A stretch of 64,000 nucleotides of DNA from assembly GCA_029258795.1 (NCBI GenBank), contig JAPDKB010000009.1, positions 40,677 through 104,676 on the forward strand, given 5' to 3'. Below are positions 1 to 9,491 of this stretch, one piece after another; position 1 is the stretch's first letter, and the number at the start of each line of letters is the position of its first letter. Source of the DNA: an archaeon. GTDB lineage: Archaea > EX4484-52 > WAPT01. A program made the translations under genes and the position numbers. The notes beneath the pieces were generated by a model. The model saw nothing but the letters and a program-made list of their open reading frames with translations, did no database searches and had not been told where the DNA came from.

Positions 1-423
1 ATCCATTCTTATCATTTTCGGATACTCCTCGAGAACAGAGGCGAGATAGTATGATAGCGGATATATATCATCGGTTCTTCTGATCATTCCCTCAATTTTC
101 TTCAGCTTTTCCTCAAAATCCCTGAACTCCCTCTCAGAAATTTCAACTGCTTTTATTGCTGTGTAATTCTTCCTCATTTTTTCCATGGTTTCCTCAGCAT
201 ACTCTCTGAGCATCCCCCTATAATCGGGAGAGTTCAGAATTTCGAATATTCTGGAGAGGTGAACCTCTATCTTATTCAGAGCCATTTCAGTTTCCTTAGA
301 TCTTCTTGCAGATTTCATATACCCAAGTCTGAATATCTCTGTGGGATACTCTCCCATTTTCTCTTTTAGCAAAGGCCTGTAAGCAAGAATCGAAGCAATT
401 GCAACTTCTTGAACTTTCATCAT
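1..423 (-). CDS. hypothetical protein, 3' end outside window
   Basis: Manual translation from ATG at 423 (MMKVQEVAIASILAYRPLLKEKMGEYP...) stays open to base 1; AT-rich TATA-like segment upstream (~447-460). Confidence 0.6.
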   Translation of the reverse strand, partial: MMKVQEVAIASILAYRPLLKEKMGEYPTEIFRLGYMKSARRSKETEMALNKIEVHLSRIFEILNSPDYRGMLREYAEETMEKMRKNYTAIKAVEISEREFRDFEEKLKKIEGMIRRTDDIYPLSYYLASVLEEYPKMIRMD

Positions 424-628
424 GAATATTGTTAGGAACAAAAGTAATATATATGTATTTGGCAAATCCAAATTCTTGCTCTCATCGAAGAAGTTTATAA
501 TGTTTGGCATTTCTCGGTGGGAGGTCGAGCTACCATCATATAACTTCTTAATACCCTTCAATTTATCCTGAGTACGGTGTGTTCATACCACCAAATCCAA
601 AAACCTTTCCAAATAAATTATTATATTG

Positions 629-793
629 TTAGAACTCTCTATCATGAAAAAAGCGTTCTTTTGAGCAAGGAAGAAATTTTATCTCCAGAATTTCTCCTAT
701 GAGCTGTTTGTTTCTTTCAGAAATGTTCGAACCCCTCAGAAGCTTGAGAGCATGTTCGTATCTTCTCCCGTATCCGTGAATGTCCTCGTTCAT
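629..793 (-). pseudogene. truncated N-terminal fragment resembling an archaeal tyrosine integrase
   Basis: MNEDIHGYGRRYEHALKLLRGSNISERNKQLI resembles the DIH.Y.RR...S.IS..NK.LI N-terminus I recall from archaeal XerD-like integrases. It stops after 54 aa and lies just downstream of a tRNA 3' end. Confidence 0.45.
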
Positions 794-846
794 ACATAAT
801 GGAGTTTCCCTGGTCATAGATTGGGGGAGGCTCCGCTGGTTGCAAT

Positions 847-967
847 TGGCGCCGCGGGCAGGATTTTCAGATGCGGGAAAATCAAAGTCCCACAACCTTC
901 GAACCTGCGCGCCCTTACGGGCACCGGCTCTCAAGGCCGGCGCACTACCAGGCTATGCGACCGCGGC
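847..967 (-). tRNA. tRNA-Ser(UGA), CCA encoded, 34-nt intron at T-loop position 59/60 (864-897)
   Basis: GCCGCGG/CCGCGGC acceptor stem, anticodon arm CCGGC-CTTGAGA-GCCGG, long variable arm GCCCGTAAGGGC, discriminator G then CCA. BHB is UUCG/UGAA with bulges AA|G and AA|U. Confidence 0.93.
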
Positions 968-1021
968 GCGGAAAAGACATGCTTGGCAGAGTTAAAAATA
1001 GCGCGAGAGCTTTTAAATTTT

Positions 1022-1627
1022 TTAGCCGAAGGGAGAATGCCTTAAATCCTTCTCTTTATATCCTAACCGTTTACCCACCTCGTTGGCTATAATCTCACCG
1101 CAAATGGTGGCTTTGAATTCGAAAGATGATCCCATGGACTTGTAGATTGGCGATTCTCCACTGTTGTTGTATTTATCGGAATGAGCTTTAAGCAAGAGAT
1201 AAATGTCGGATAGCTCAGCCACAGGCGAATCAGGATTGCCCACTATGGAAGAGACGTAAATGTCGTGTTCTTTTGCTATGCGAATATCTTCCACAACCTT
1301 CCTCGTTTTCCCGCTTCCTGAAACAGCCAGCATCACATCATTATCGCTCACTGGCGGATGGGTGTAAGTGTTATCCGATGTGACAACAACTCTCTTACCC
1401 ATCTGAGCTAAGCGCATACCACTATACTTACTACTTTCCAAACTTCTTCCCGTGGCGTTGAGCCAGATTGTATTTGCTTCATACATTTTATCCACAATCC
1501 TTCCAAAAACATCTGCCTGCCCTTCCAGTTCATGCTGCAGTTCATCTAGAATTTTTTTGTAAAAATTAATAGGTCCTGCTATGTCAATTTTACAAGAAAT
1601 CAGCGACTCTCTATTTAATAAGGGCAT
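1022..1627 (-). CDS. SIS-domain sugar-phosphate isomerase (6-phospho-3-hexuloisomerase-like)
   Basis: ATGRS...GMRLAQMG, AVSGSGKT, SPVAELSD and MGSSFE motifs of the PHI/HxlB family. Confidence 0.75.
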   Translation of the reverse strand: MPLLNRESLISCKIDIAGPINFYKKILDELQHELEGQADVFGRIVDKMYEANTIWLNATGRSLESSKYSGMRLAQMGKRVVVTSDNTYTHPPVSDNDVMLAVSGSGKTRKVVEDIRIAKEHDIYVSSIVGNPDSPVAELSDIYLLLKAHSDKYNNSGESPIYKSMGSSFEFKATICGEIIANEVGKRLGYKEKDLRHSPFG

Positions 1628-1678
1628 GATGCCCTACCACCCTCTAAAAAAAATTAGTACTCAAAATTTAAATTTCCT

Positions 1679-1885
1679 TCAAAGCTTGAGATTATGTTTA
1701 AAGTTGGCTTTTTCGGCTTTTTCCAGCTCCCATGCATCCTCAAGCAGCATATCAGGAACATCACCATCAAGCACCGGAAATGCAAGCCTGCAGTTCTCGC
1801 AAACTATGAACATGCCCTTCTCAACAACATCTCCCTTGCATTTGGGGCAAGCCAAAATTTCCAGCAGCTTTTTATCCACACCCAT
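1679..1885 (-). CDS. Trm112-like methyltransferase activator (UPF0434)
   Basis: [12 protein letters not shown]...CENC...[12 protein letters not shown]. Confidence 0.85.
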   Translation of the reverse strand: MGVDKKLLEILACPKCKGDVVEKGMFIVCENCRLAFPVLDGDVPDMLLEDAWELEKAEKANFKHNLKL

Positions 1886-1921
1886 GTGCCGCACCTCAAA
1901 CTTTCATTCTTTCAAGGATTT

Positions 1922-2884
1922 TTATTTCTTTTTCTTCCAGAGCTTCGGATAAACGCCCTTTTCCATGACCACTCTGTTTATCGTGCATGCAACACCGCTC
2001 CTTCTTCCAGCCATCTCTTCAGCATTCATTTCTGCCCTGCCCAAGGCAACGAGCTCGCCCTTCAAGCTCAGGATTGCCACAACGTCACCTTTCTTTACAC
2101 TCTTTTCCACCTTGGAAATCCCGCCCACATGAAGCTGCGCACCATAACAAATTGCTGAGATAGCACTGTCTTTCACCAAAACCTTCTTCACATCTTTGAG
2201 CAGGTATTCCACAGGCAGCACAACCTCCCTGAGCTTCGCATCTTTCCCTTCCTCTTTCCATATTGCATAAGCGTCAACAACATCTTGAAGGTAGCATGCT
2301 TTATCCTCAGTTATGCTGCCCACAGCGGTCCTCCTCAGCTCCTGAAGATGGGCATTCACACCCATGGCTCTACCCATATCCACACACAGCTTTCTTATGT
2401 AGGTGCCTGCTTCACATCTAACGCGGAAGAGCACATATCTCCCCTCAATCTCCAACACCTCGATGGAATAAATCTTCCTTTTTCTCGGCTTTCTCGCAAC
2501 AGCACTCCTCAAGGGTGGAACCTGCGTTATCGTGCCCTCAAAATTCTTCATCACTTCCCTTATCCTGCTTTCCTCAACATCCCCATGCAACTTCATTAAC
2601 GCAACATATTCCTTATCGCTTCTCGCAAGAAGCTGGGTAAGCTTGGTGGCGTGGTTCAATAGGATGACAAGCACACCGGTGGCATTCGGGTCAAGCGTTC
2701 CGGTCTGACCCGCTTTCCTCACTTCCAGAATATCTTTAAGCCATGCCACCACCTGGTGACTTGTTGGGCCGCGCGGCTTATCAACGATAACAGCGCCATA
2801 CTTCAAAAGCTCTTCCACGGGTCTTTCGTGAGGATAATACCCATGTTCTGGAGAAGTTTCTGCCTCCTCTCTCACAATCCACAT
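1922..2884 (-). CDS. cbf5: Cbf5/TruB pseudouridine synthase with PUA domain
   Basis: DKPRGPTSHQV, GTLDPNATG, CEAGTYIRKLC, C-terminal PUA domain. Confidence 0.95.
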   Translation of the reverse strand: MWIVREEAETSPEHGYYPHERPVEELLKYGAVIVDKPRGPTSHQVVAWLKDILEVRKAGQTGTLDPNATGVLVILLNHATKLTQLLARSDKEYVALMKLHGDVEESRIREVMKNFEGTITQVPPLRSAVARKPRKRKIYSIEVLEIEGRYVLFRVRCEAGTYIRKLCVDMGRAMGVNAHLQELRRTAVGSITEDKACYLQDVVDAYAIWKEEGKDAKLREVVLPVEYLLKDVKKVLVKDSAISAICYGAQLHVGGISKVEKSVKKGDVVAILSLKGELVALGRAEMNAEEMAGRRSGVACTINRVVMEKGVYPKLWKKKK

Positions 2885-2920
2885 GGAAGAAAAAGTATGG
2901 GGGAGCTTTTAATAATCTTT

Positions 2921-3205
2921 TTACAGCTGAATTCCTACCCTCTTGCTCATAACCTCTTCAAGCTTGGCTTCCTTAATCGCATTGAGAACTTCCTCATCGC
3001 TGGCATTCTTCTTTATCTTCACCTTGTGAGGTGTTGGCTCCAGGTGCTTAATGTTGCATTTTTTCCTCCTTGCTCCTGTCAAAGATTTTGGCCCGGTGAC
3101 CATCACGAAATTGTCATCCAGCACATCTATCACAACACAAAAGCATCCTGCATCTCTTCCAGCATTTTTCACGCAGACCCTACCAACTTCAAGCATCACG
3201 CTCAC
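2921..3205 (-). CDS. rpl14e: 50S ribosomal protein L14e
   Basis: EVGRVCVKNAGRDAG...RRKKCNIKHLEPT. Confidence 0.95.
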   Translation of the reverse strand: MSVMLEVGRVCVKNAGRDAGCFCVVIDVLDDNFVMVTGPKSLTGARRKKCNIKHLEPTPHKVKIKKNASDEEVLNAIKEAKLEEVMSKRVGIQL

Positions 3206-3215
3206 CCCTTTACCA

Positions 3216-3482
3216 TCACTGCTTCATTTTCACCACAGCTTCTGCTATCTTTTTCCTCAAACATGAAGGGCAGAGCACACCACCATACATCCTTTCAGGC
3301 CTTTTCTTTGTCTTCGCCATACTTTTAAGCTTGTAAGCTTTAACTCTGGGAACTCCAGCCAGTGGGGTTCCACACACTCCACACTTTGCAAAGTTGACTT
3401 TCTTCTCAACTTTATGGATAACAAGTTTGCCTCCCGGCGTTCTGACGCGCTTCCACTTCTTACCTCGCAACGATGGTCTCAT
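3216..3482 (-). CDS. rpl34e: 50S ribosomal protein L34e
   Basis: RTPGGK, CGVCG, KRPERMYGGVLCPSC; start moved to the ATG at 3482. Confidence 0.95.
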   Translation of the reverse strand: MRPSLRGKKWKRVRTPGGKLVIHKVEKKVNFAKCGVCGTPLAGVPRVKAYKLKSMAKTKKRPERMYGGVLCPSCLRKKIAEAVVKMKQ

Positions 3483-3492
3483 ACTCGTCACC

Positions 3493-3948
3493 TCAATCAA
3501 CACGAAGCAGCTTCCTGAAAAAGATGGAAGCCGGAATGGAAATTATTATGTACAGGCCTATTATGCCAACGGTATCGCCAACAAAAGGCAATGGGAAGGG
3601 CAGCTTGAAAGTTGCGCCGTTGTAAAGCTTTTTGAGCAGCGGGAACATGATAAGGATTATGAGCATGGTGTAGATGAGCTGCTTCTGGGTTAGGGTCATC
3701 TGCTCCTTCAGCAGGTGCATATTCTTTTCCCATAAATCTTTTAATTCTTTCTCATCCCCTCGCTTTCTCGCATCGTCCATCCTTTTCTTGTATTCCTTCG
3801 CTTTTCTCCTGAGATGCTTGGCTTTCTCCACATCTATGGTGATGAGGTAAACCAGCGGGAAAAGGAATGCCATGAGGATTGAAAAAAGGGTCACACCTAT
3901 CAGCGGATCAAGATTTGCGAGCATTTCAACAACCATGACTCCCACCAT
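3493..3948 (-). CDS. DUF106/EMC3-TMCO1 family membrane insertase-like protein
   Basis: TM, coiled coil, TM layout; LPFPLPF motif; canonical position after secY. Confidence 0.8.
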   Translation of the reverse strand: MVGVMVVEMLANLDPLIGVTLFSILMAFLFPLVYLITIDVEKAKHLRRKAKEYKKRMDDARKRGDEKELKDLWEKNMHLLKEQMTLTQKQLIYTMLIILIMFPLLKKLYNGATFKLPFPLPFVGDTVGIIGLYIIISIPASIFFRKLLRVD

Positions 3949-3949
3949 A

Positions 3950-5332
3950 TCATCCTTTCATCTTACCCATGAGCTTCCTTACCATCGGATGCGCGTCCTC
4001 CAGCTGCTGTACTGCCAGCATCTCGTACATATTATATATGATCATCACCGCCAGAAGTATGGCTGTACCTCTAACCAACGCTCCCAGCAAATCGGCAAGA
4101 GCCGCAAGCAATCCTACAAAAGCCCCACCCATAATTGCAAGAGGAGTTATGTACCTCTCCAGTACCTTCTCAATGACACGCGGGTCCTTTCTGAATCCCG
4201 GAATTTGCAGGCTTGCTGACTGAATCTGTCTTGCAACGCTCTTGGCATCCATGCCTGCAGTTGTTACCCAGAAGAGGGAGAATATGGCTGTGCCCACAAC
4301 CATCACTATCAGATAAGTTATGGCTCTCACCACCTCCCTTCCTGTGAGTCCTCCATAGAGCAAATAGTAGATGAAAGATCTTGGCGGGGTCATGTAGTAA
4401 ACCAACCCGCTTTTGGGTCTGCCATCCGCGTCAAAACAACCAAGCACTCCACATTTAAGGTTGGTATCCACATCATGAGCTACCATCCTTCCTGCCATTT
4501 CTATGTTTATGATGAGGGCCGTCACCAAAATCACGGGGATGACGTTTGTGTAGATAAAGCGGAGAGGCCATTTTCTGCCGAAGCCGCGCAACGTTCCAAA
4601 AGCAAGAGGTATCTCAACACGCATCGATTGAGCATAAACAGCTATCACAAATATCACAATTGTGGTGATGATTGGTACGAGCATTTTCACATCTGGAGTG
4701 CCGTCCAAAACCGTTTGAATGAAAGCCAGCAACCTGCCAGCATAGTATTCTCCCGCTGTCTGGAAGTTGAAAAGCTGGATGAATATCTGCCTTGAGATTC
4801 CAGCAACTATGAACAGCGAGATGCCGCTACCAAAACCCCACTTGCTCACAACTTCATCCATGAAGATGACAAGCCACCCTCCAATACAGAGCTGAAGCAC
4901 CACGATGGCAACGTTGAAAAAAGAATAGGTAGCGGGCTGTATCGGACCAAAAAGAACCCATGCAACTGCCTGCACAAAAGTTATAACAAACGCAAGGAAT
5001 TTTTGAGCGCCCTGAAACATTATTCTGCCGTGCCTCGTGTTAAGATCCCAGTTTATTATTCTTGCACCCACAAGCATCTGCAGGATGATGGATGCGGTGA
5101 CTATCGGACCTATACCCAGCGTCATCAAGCTGCCGGTTTTTGCTCCCAGAAGCATTTCCCATTCAGCAAATCTGGCCGCAACCTCCTCCTTTATCCCGTA
5201 AACCCGTATCTCGGTCAAAATGTAATATAGAATCAGAATTATTCCCGTCCACTTCAACCTCTCATTTAGTGTTAGCCTTCTCTTTGGAGCTTCCACACCC
5301 GGCAGAAGCTCGAAAAACTTTTCCAGGTTCAT
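3950..5332 (-). CDS. secY: preprotein translocase SecY
   Basis: GSLMTLGIGPIVTASII, SKWGFGSGISLFI, YTNVIPVIL, IPGFRKD; probable start MNLEK at 5332. Confidence 0.97.
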   Translation of the reverse strand: MNLEKFFELLPGVEAPKRRLTLNERLKWTGIILILYYILTEIRVYGIKEEVAARFAEWEMLLGAKTGSLMTLGIGPIVTASIILQMLVGARIINWDLNTRHGRIMFQGAQKFLAFVITFVQAVAWVLFGPIQPATYSFFNVAIVVLQLCIGGWLVIFMDEVVSKWGFGSGISLFIVAGISRQIFIQLFNFQTAGEYYAGRLLAFIQTVLDGTPDVKMLVPIITTIVIFVIAVYAQSMRVEIPLAFGTLRGFGRKWPLRFIYTNVIPVILVTALIINIEMAGRMVAHDVDTNLKCGVLGCFDADGRPKSGLVYYMTPPRSFIYYLLYGGLTGREVVRAITYLIVMVVGTAIFSLFWVTTAGMDAKSVARQIQSASLQIPGFRKDPRVIEKVLERYITPLAIMGGAFVGLLAALADLLGALVRGTAILLAVMIIYNMYEMLAVQQLEDAHPMVRKLMGKMKG

Positions 5333-5333
5333 T

Positions 5334-5816
5334 TTAACTGCCCTCCTCCGCTGCTGCAGCAGCCAAAACAACCTTTCCGCCAGCACTCTCTATCTTTTCA
5401 ATTGCCTTTTGGGTGGCTTCAGCAACTCTAACCTCCACAGGCAGGTTTATTTTTCCGGCACCGAGCAGCTTATCGTAGCCGGCCTTCTCAAGATCAACAA
5501 CGTAAGGCTTATCTTTCTTTTCCGCCACCCCCATCGCAACCCATCTTTCAATATAACGCTCAATATCTCCAACATTTATGCAATTTTTCTCTCTCACTAT
5601 TGATTTGTGTCTTTTGAAACCCTTCCTTCCCCTTCCAAGAGGAAGTTTGCCTTCAGCATAAAGCATCGTTAGCTTCTGCTGTCCTCTCTTACCCATTCCT
5701 GCTTTACCCTTTCCACCTTTCGAACCCTTACCTCTGTGCTTCTTCTTAGAACCCCATCCGTAGGTTTTCGAACCCCTGAGCTTGTTGACTTTCCTCTTCC
5801 TCTTTCTTACGACCAT
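5334..5816 (-). CDS. rpl15: 50S ribosomal protein L15
   Basis: RGSKTYGWGSKKKHRGKGSKGGKG, KLLGAG, KIESAGG. Confidence 0.95.
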   Translation of the reverse strand: MVVRKRKRKVNKLRGSKTYGWGSKKKHRGKGSKGGKGKAGMGKRGQQKLTMLYAEGKLPLGRGRKGFKRHKSIVREKNCINVGDIERYIERWVAMGVAEKKDKPYVVDLEKAGYDKLLGAGKINLPVEVRVAEATQKAIEKIESAGGKVVLAAAAAEEGS

Positions 5817-5827
5817 GACCTACACCT

Positions 5828-6262
5828 TCATATCATTCTTTTTATGAGGTCGTTGATCTTCTCTCCCCTGTAACCGAGTGCTCCTCCAACCGTGAAGTGC
5901 TTCTTTATACCTTTTCTCTCATAACCCTTTCTCGGAGGAGCAAGCCGAAACACGGGCTTCAATCCGGCTTTTTTAAGCCCCACTTCCTTGATTTTCTTCA
6001 CATACTCATCGACTTTCTCTGCTGGTATTTTTCCACCACCTTCAAGCTCCCCTCTTTTTTCCACAAGAAGCTTGAGGACTTCATCACTAACCTCTCCCCA
6101 CGTAACATAATCCTTGACCTTGAAAATCATACCCTTGTATGAGTCATTTTCAGGCACAACCGTGCAGTGGTGTGGCTTGTTCAGATTCAGAAGTTTAAGT
6201 GTTCTTTCAACTTCCTCCCTTACACCAACAGTACCTCTTACTCTCACCACCGCGTACATCAC
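5828..6262 (-). CDS. rpl30: 50S ribosomal protein L30
   Basis: AVVRVRG, KVKDYVTWGE, FRLAPPRKG, GALGYRG. Confidence 0.95.
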   Translation of the reverse strand: MMYAVVRVRGTVGVREEVERTLKLLNLNKPHHCTVVPENDSYKGMIFKVKDYVTWGEVSDEVLKLLVEKRGELEGGGKIPAEKVDEYVKKIKEVGLKKAGLKPVFRLAPPRKGYERKGIKKHFTVGGALGYRGEKINDLIKRMI

Positions 6263-6960
6263 ACAGCACCCTGAACCATACCAGTTCTCTTGATTTCTTC
6301 CTCGCCAACCTTCATTTTGTTGAGGTTTCTGAAAGCATCAATGGCCGCTCCCACAAAATTAAGTCGGGTTCTCGTGTCTCCAAAGGACTGAGACCACACA
6401 TCCTTAATACCAGCCAGCCTCATAACTTTCTTTAGTTCCTCTCCAACCACGAGTCCCACTCCTTTCGGAGCGGGCATCAGCACAACTCTGACGCTACCCA
6501 TCTTACCCATGACTCTGAAAGGTATGGAGTGATGACCCCTGCATCCACACTCCCAGGATCCACACCCTCTCCTTATGGGGAATATGTTCAGTTTGGCTTT
6601 TCTTATTGCTTTCTCTATAACCTCTCTGGCACTCTTACCTCTTGCCACACCAAATCCTATCAGCCCGTTCTCGTTTCCAACGATAGCAGCAGCATGAAGG
6701 GTCCTTCTCCTTCCTGACTTGTGCATCCTCACGGTGGATCTTATGGGTACTCTTCTCTTACCACCACCCTTACCGCTCACACCACCTATGTTTATGAGCT
6801 CTTCCTTCAAATCGGGCACGAGATAATCAACTATTTCCGGCTCTTTTATAACATAACCTCTAGCAAAAATCTCCTCTATTGACTTTATCTCTCCTTCTTT
6901 AACCATCCTTCCGAGTTCCGTCCTCGGTACCCAATCCTCCAGTGAGGTTTTCACGGCCAT
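6259..6960 (-). CDS. rps5: 30S ribosomal protein S5
   Basis: WVPRTELGR, RRGCGSWECGC, PAPKGVGLV, AGIKDVWS. Confidence 0.96.
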   Translation of the reverse strand: MAVKTSLEDWVPRTELGRMVKEGEIKSIEEIFARGYVIKEPEIVDYLVPDLKEELINIGGVSGKGGGKRRVPIRSTVRMHKSGRRRTLHAAAIVGNENGLIGFGVARGKSAREVIEKAIRKAKLNIFPIRRGCGSWECGCRGHHSIPFRVMGKMGSVRVVLMPAPKGVGLVVGEELKKVMRLAGIKDVWSQSFGDTRTRLNFVGAAIDAFRNLNKMKVGEEEIKRTGMVQGAV

Positions 6961-6965
6961 GTTAA

Positions 6966-7526
6966 TCACTCATCATGGGATTTCTTCTTTTTACCGGATT
7001 TTTTGGATTCGCCACTTTTAGCAGAGAACACCTTATCAATATTTTCCTTAACCTTTTTGAAGGTTTCCACAACCTTCCTGCTTATGTGCTCACCCATTAT
7101 CCTACTCTCATCCGGAACCTTGTCTGGAGAGTGAGGGATGTTCAATCCAGCATCCACCGCTCCTTTGAGCACAGCGAATATTCTGGCTCCTTTGGTTGAA
7201 GTGTGTCTCCCTATGTCGAGTATGGCTTCATTTATACCTTCTTTCAAGGCCATCTTGCCGATGAGGTATCCGGTTAGGTAAGCTGCGGGCGTGTTTTTGA
7301 AGGATGTGATATCCCATCCATACTCCGCAAGCTTTTTGGAAGTAACCATGACTTTAGTAACATCTCCCTTAGGGTTGAACTCTCTTATGTGGGCTATTAT
7401 CTGCGTGTTCGTCCTTCTGACAGTAAGTATTGGCTTGCCGCTCTTAACAAGAGCCAGCCTTTTCTTGTAATCAGTTTTTCCTTCCCTTCTCCTCCTGAAT
7501 TTCATTAAGTAACCGCGTTTCCCCAT
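6966..7526 (-). CDS. rpl18: 50S ribosomal protein L18
   Basis: RRRREGKTDYKKRL, NTPAAYLTG, KGAVDAGL. Confidence 0.96.
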   Translation of the reverse strand: MGKRGYLMKFRRRREGKTDYKKRLALVKSGKPILTVRRTNTQIIAHIREFNPKGDVTKVMVTSKKLAEYGWDITSFKNTPAAYLTGYLIGKMALKEGINEAILDIGRHTSTKGARIFAVLKGAVDAGLNIPHSPDKVPDESRIMGEHISRKVVETFKKVKENIDKVFSAKSGESKKSGKKKKSHDE

Positions 7527-7532
7527 AATTCA

Positions 7533-7997
7533 TCACGTTTCTGCCTGTTTTTCTCTCATTTCCTTTAGCTTTTCAACCCTCTGAAGGAGGTGGGCTTTCG
7601 TTCTGAACATACCTCCTTTTGCATGAGCATAAAGCATTCTGTATTCTGTTTGAGTAATCTCTCCCTTATCACGCAGCTCTCTGAGCAGCTTTCGCAGAGC
7701 CCTTATCCTTATCATCCATGCAAGTTTCCTTGGCATCCTTGCCGTCTTTTTACCCTTCCTTGAGCCGTGGCCCTTTCTCCTTCCCTTCTTCTTCTGCATC
7801 TTTATGTGCTTGGCTCTCGCGGTGCTCACCCCAACCTTCGGGAGTACCGCTATCTTACCCTCCCTAATCAGCCTCCTTATATCCTCCCTGGTTATGGCTT
7901 GAGCTACCTCATCAACATGAGCAGGATCTATCCACACTCTGTGAACTCCGCATTTCAGTATCTGTGCGGCCATCCTTTTCTGGGTTCTTAAATTCAT
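7533..7997 (-). CDS. rpl19e: 50S ribosomal protein L19e
   Basis: QKRMAAQILKCG, GRRKGHGSRKG, WMIRIRALR. Confidence 0.96.
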   Translation of the reverse strand: MNLRTQKRMAAQILKCGVHRVWIDPAHVDEVAQAITREDIRRLIREGKIAVLPKVGVSTARAKHIKMQKKKGRRKGHGSRKGKKTARMPRKLAWMIRIRALRKLLRELRDKGEITQTEYRMLYAHAKGGMFRTKAHLLQRVEKLKEMREKQAET

Positions 7998-8009
7998 ATC
8001 CCATCACCG

Positions 8010-8192
8010 TTAATTGTTTGCAGGCAGTATCTCTTTTTGATGAGCTACGACCACAACCTCTCTGGTGTATTTCATTCCACACCTTTTACAGGAATAAACT
8101 TTTATGCCCTGCACCTTCATGGTTTCGGCGCGAGCCCCGCACGCAGGGCATATTTCCTCATGAAAGTGAACAAATGGAACATCGATGAACAT
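8010..8192 (-). CDS. small zinc-ribbon protein of unknown function
   Basis: CPAC...CKRC; exactly fills the L32e-L19e gap on the operon strand. Confidence 0.65.
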   Translation of the reverse strand: MFIDVPFVHFHEEICPACGARAETMKVQGIKVYSCKRCGMKYTREVVVVAHQKEILPANN

Positions 8193-8204
8193 AACTCATC
8201 CACC

Positions 8205-8897
8205 TTACTTTTTGCTTTTGGTGGTTGATTTTTTGGTGGTCTTGGAAGAGCTCTTACTTTTTGCTTTTGAACTGCCTGTGGCTTTTTTGGTTTTACCTTC
8301 CACTTTTTCCTTTTTCTTAACCTCTTTCTTCCTCTCATCACCCTTCTTCTCAGCCGTCTTCTTTTCCGCTTTTTTGGCTTTCTCCTTTACAGCTTTCTTC
8401 TCCTCAGCTTCCTCCTCTTCCTTTGTTTCCTCAACCTTCTTCTCTTCCTTCGCCTTTTCCTCCTTCTCTTTCTTTTTCTTCTCCTCTCTTGCCTTCAATT
8501 CAAGATATGAACGCCTCTTTATCCTTGGATTGAGCACTTTGATGCCAAGTTCTTCAGCTTTCTTCAGGATTTCAAGCTTCTTCTTTGTGCCCACACATGA
8601 AGCAACTCTAACAGCTTCCTCTTCCCTGTTAACCCTTTCAAGATCGGTAGGGTTGTAAACAATCACCTCCCTATAACCAGAAGGATGAAGGTGTCTCGCT
8701 TCTTTAGGACCGCCATATCCGGAGCAAGGCATTTTTGGCTTTCCGAATATTCTTTTCCTCATTTTGTTGTGAATTCCCTTCGGTTTTCTGTAGCCACTCC
8801 TGCTTATCTTCTTTATTCTATCTCCTAAATACCTCCTGAATTTGGGCTTCCTCTTCTTTACTTCCTCTCTGAGCTTTACAAGCTCCTTCATTGCCAT
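8205..8897 (-). CDS. rpl32e: 50S ribosomal protein L32e with ~100-aa Lys/Glu-rich C-terminal extension
   Basis: RKPKGIHNKMR, HLHPSG, GIKVLNP followed by a charged tail. Confidence 0.95.
   Translation of the reverse strand: MAMKELVKLREEVKKRKPKFRRYLGDRIKKISRSGYRKPKGIHNKMRKRIFGKPKMPCSGYGGPKEARHLHPSGYREVIVYNPTDLERVNREEEAVRVASCVGTKKKLEILKKAEELGIKVLNPRIKRRSYLELKAREEKKKKEKEEKAKEEKKVEETKEEEEAEEKKAVKEKAKKAEKKTAEKKGDERKKEVKKKEKVEGKTKKATGSSKAKSKSSSKTTKKSTTKSKK
8307..8402. repeat. 96-nt direct repeat, copy 1 (L32e tail); copy 2 at 13581-13676
   Basis: Manual alignment gives 92/96 identical. Confidence 0.95.
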
Positions 8898-9463
8898 AGA
8901 TCCTCACTCCTCTTCGGCTTCTTGTAAATATAAATACCATCGAAGAATATTCGCGGATCTCTTCCTGCACGATATTTGCATGCTTGCTCCATGTTGGCTG
9001 CCGTTTGCCCCACATCTTCGATGTTTATGCCTTCCACCACAATCTCTTCCTTATCTATCTTGACCTTGACATCTCCCACTATCTTTGCCTTTCTAGCACC
9101 CTTCTCTCCCATGAAATTGCTTATGACTATGTAATCTCCTTCCTGCTTCACAGTCATCGGGAAGTGGGTGTAAACTATCTTTAACCGGGCTTCAAAGCCC
9201 CTGGCAACACCATACATCATGTTTTTGATGTGAGACACCCATGTACCGACTATGGCTTTATCCTTTCTCTTTTTGGACTCGGTCCTGACTTTAACAACAC
9301 CATCATCAACCATAACCTTCACGCGGGGGTGGGAGAACATTCTTCTTAACTCTCCCTTCTCTCCTTTAACAATGAGAGTATCGCCTTCCAAGCTTACCTC
9401 TATTCCTTCCGGAATCTTTACTTCCCTTTCAATCACCGTTTGCATCTGCTCTTGCTGGCTCAT
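8888..9463 (-). CDS. rpl6: 50S ribosomal protein L6
   Basis: YTHFPM, NFMGEK, VGQTAANMEQ, RDPRIFFDGIYI. Confidence 0.96.
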   Translation of the reverse strand: MSQQEQMQTVIEREVKIPEGIEVSLEGDTLIVKGEKGELRRMFSHPRVKVMVDDGVVKVRTESKKRKDKAIVGTWVSHIKNMMYGVARGFEARLKIVYTHFPMTVKQEGDYIVISNFMGEKGARKAKIVGDVKVKIDKEEIVVEGINIEDVGQTAANMEQACKYRAGRDPRIFFDGIYIYKKPKRSEDLWQ

Positions 9464-9491
9464 CTCATCTCACCATCAAAAATCACGCAGT

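Noticed and set aside
780-1092. Short + strand ORFs, and the upstream half of ORF 629-934
   Set aside because: They overlap the tRNA-Ser gene and are shadow ORFs.
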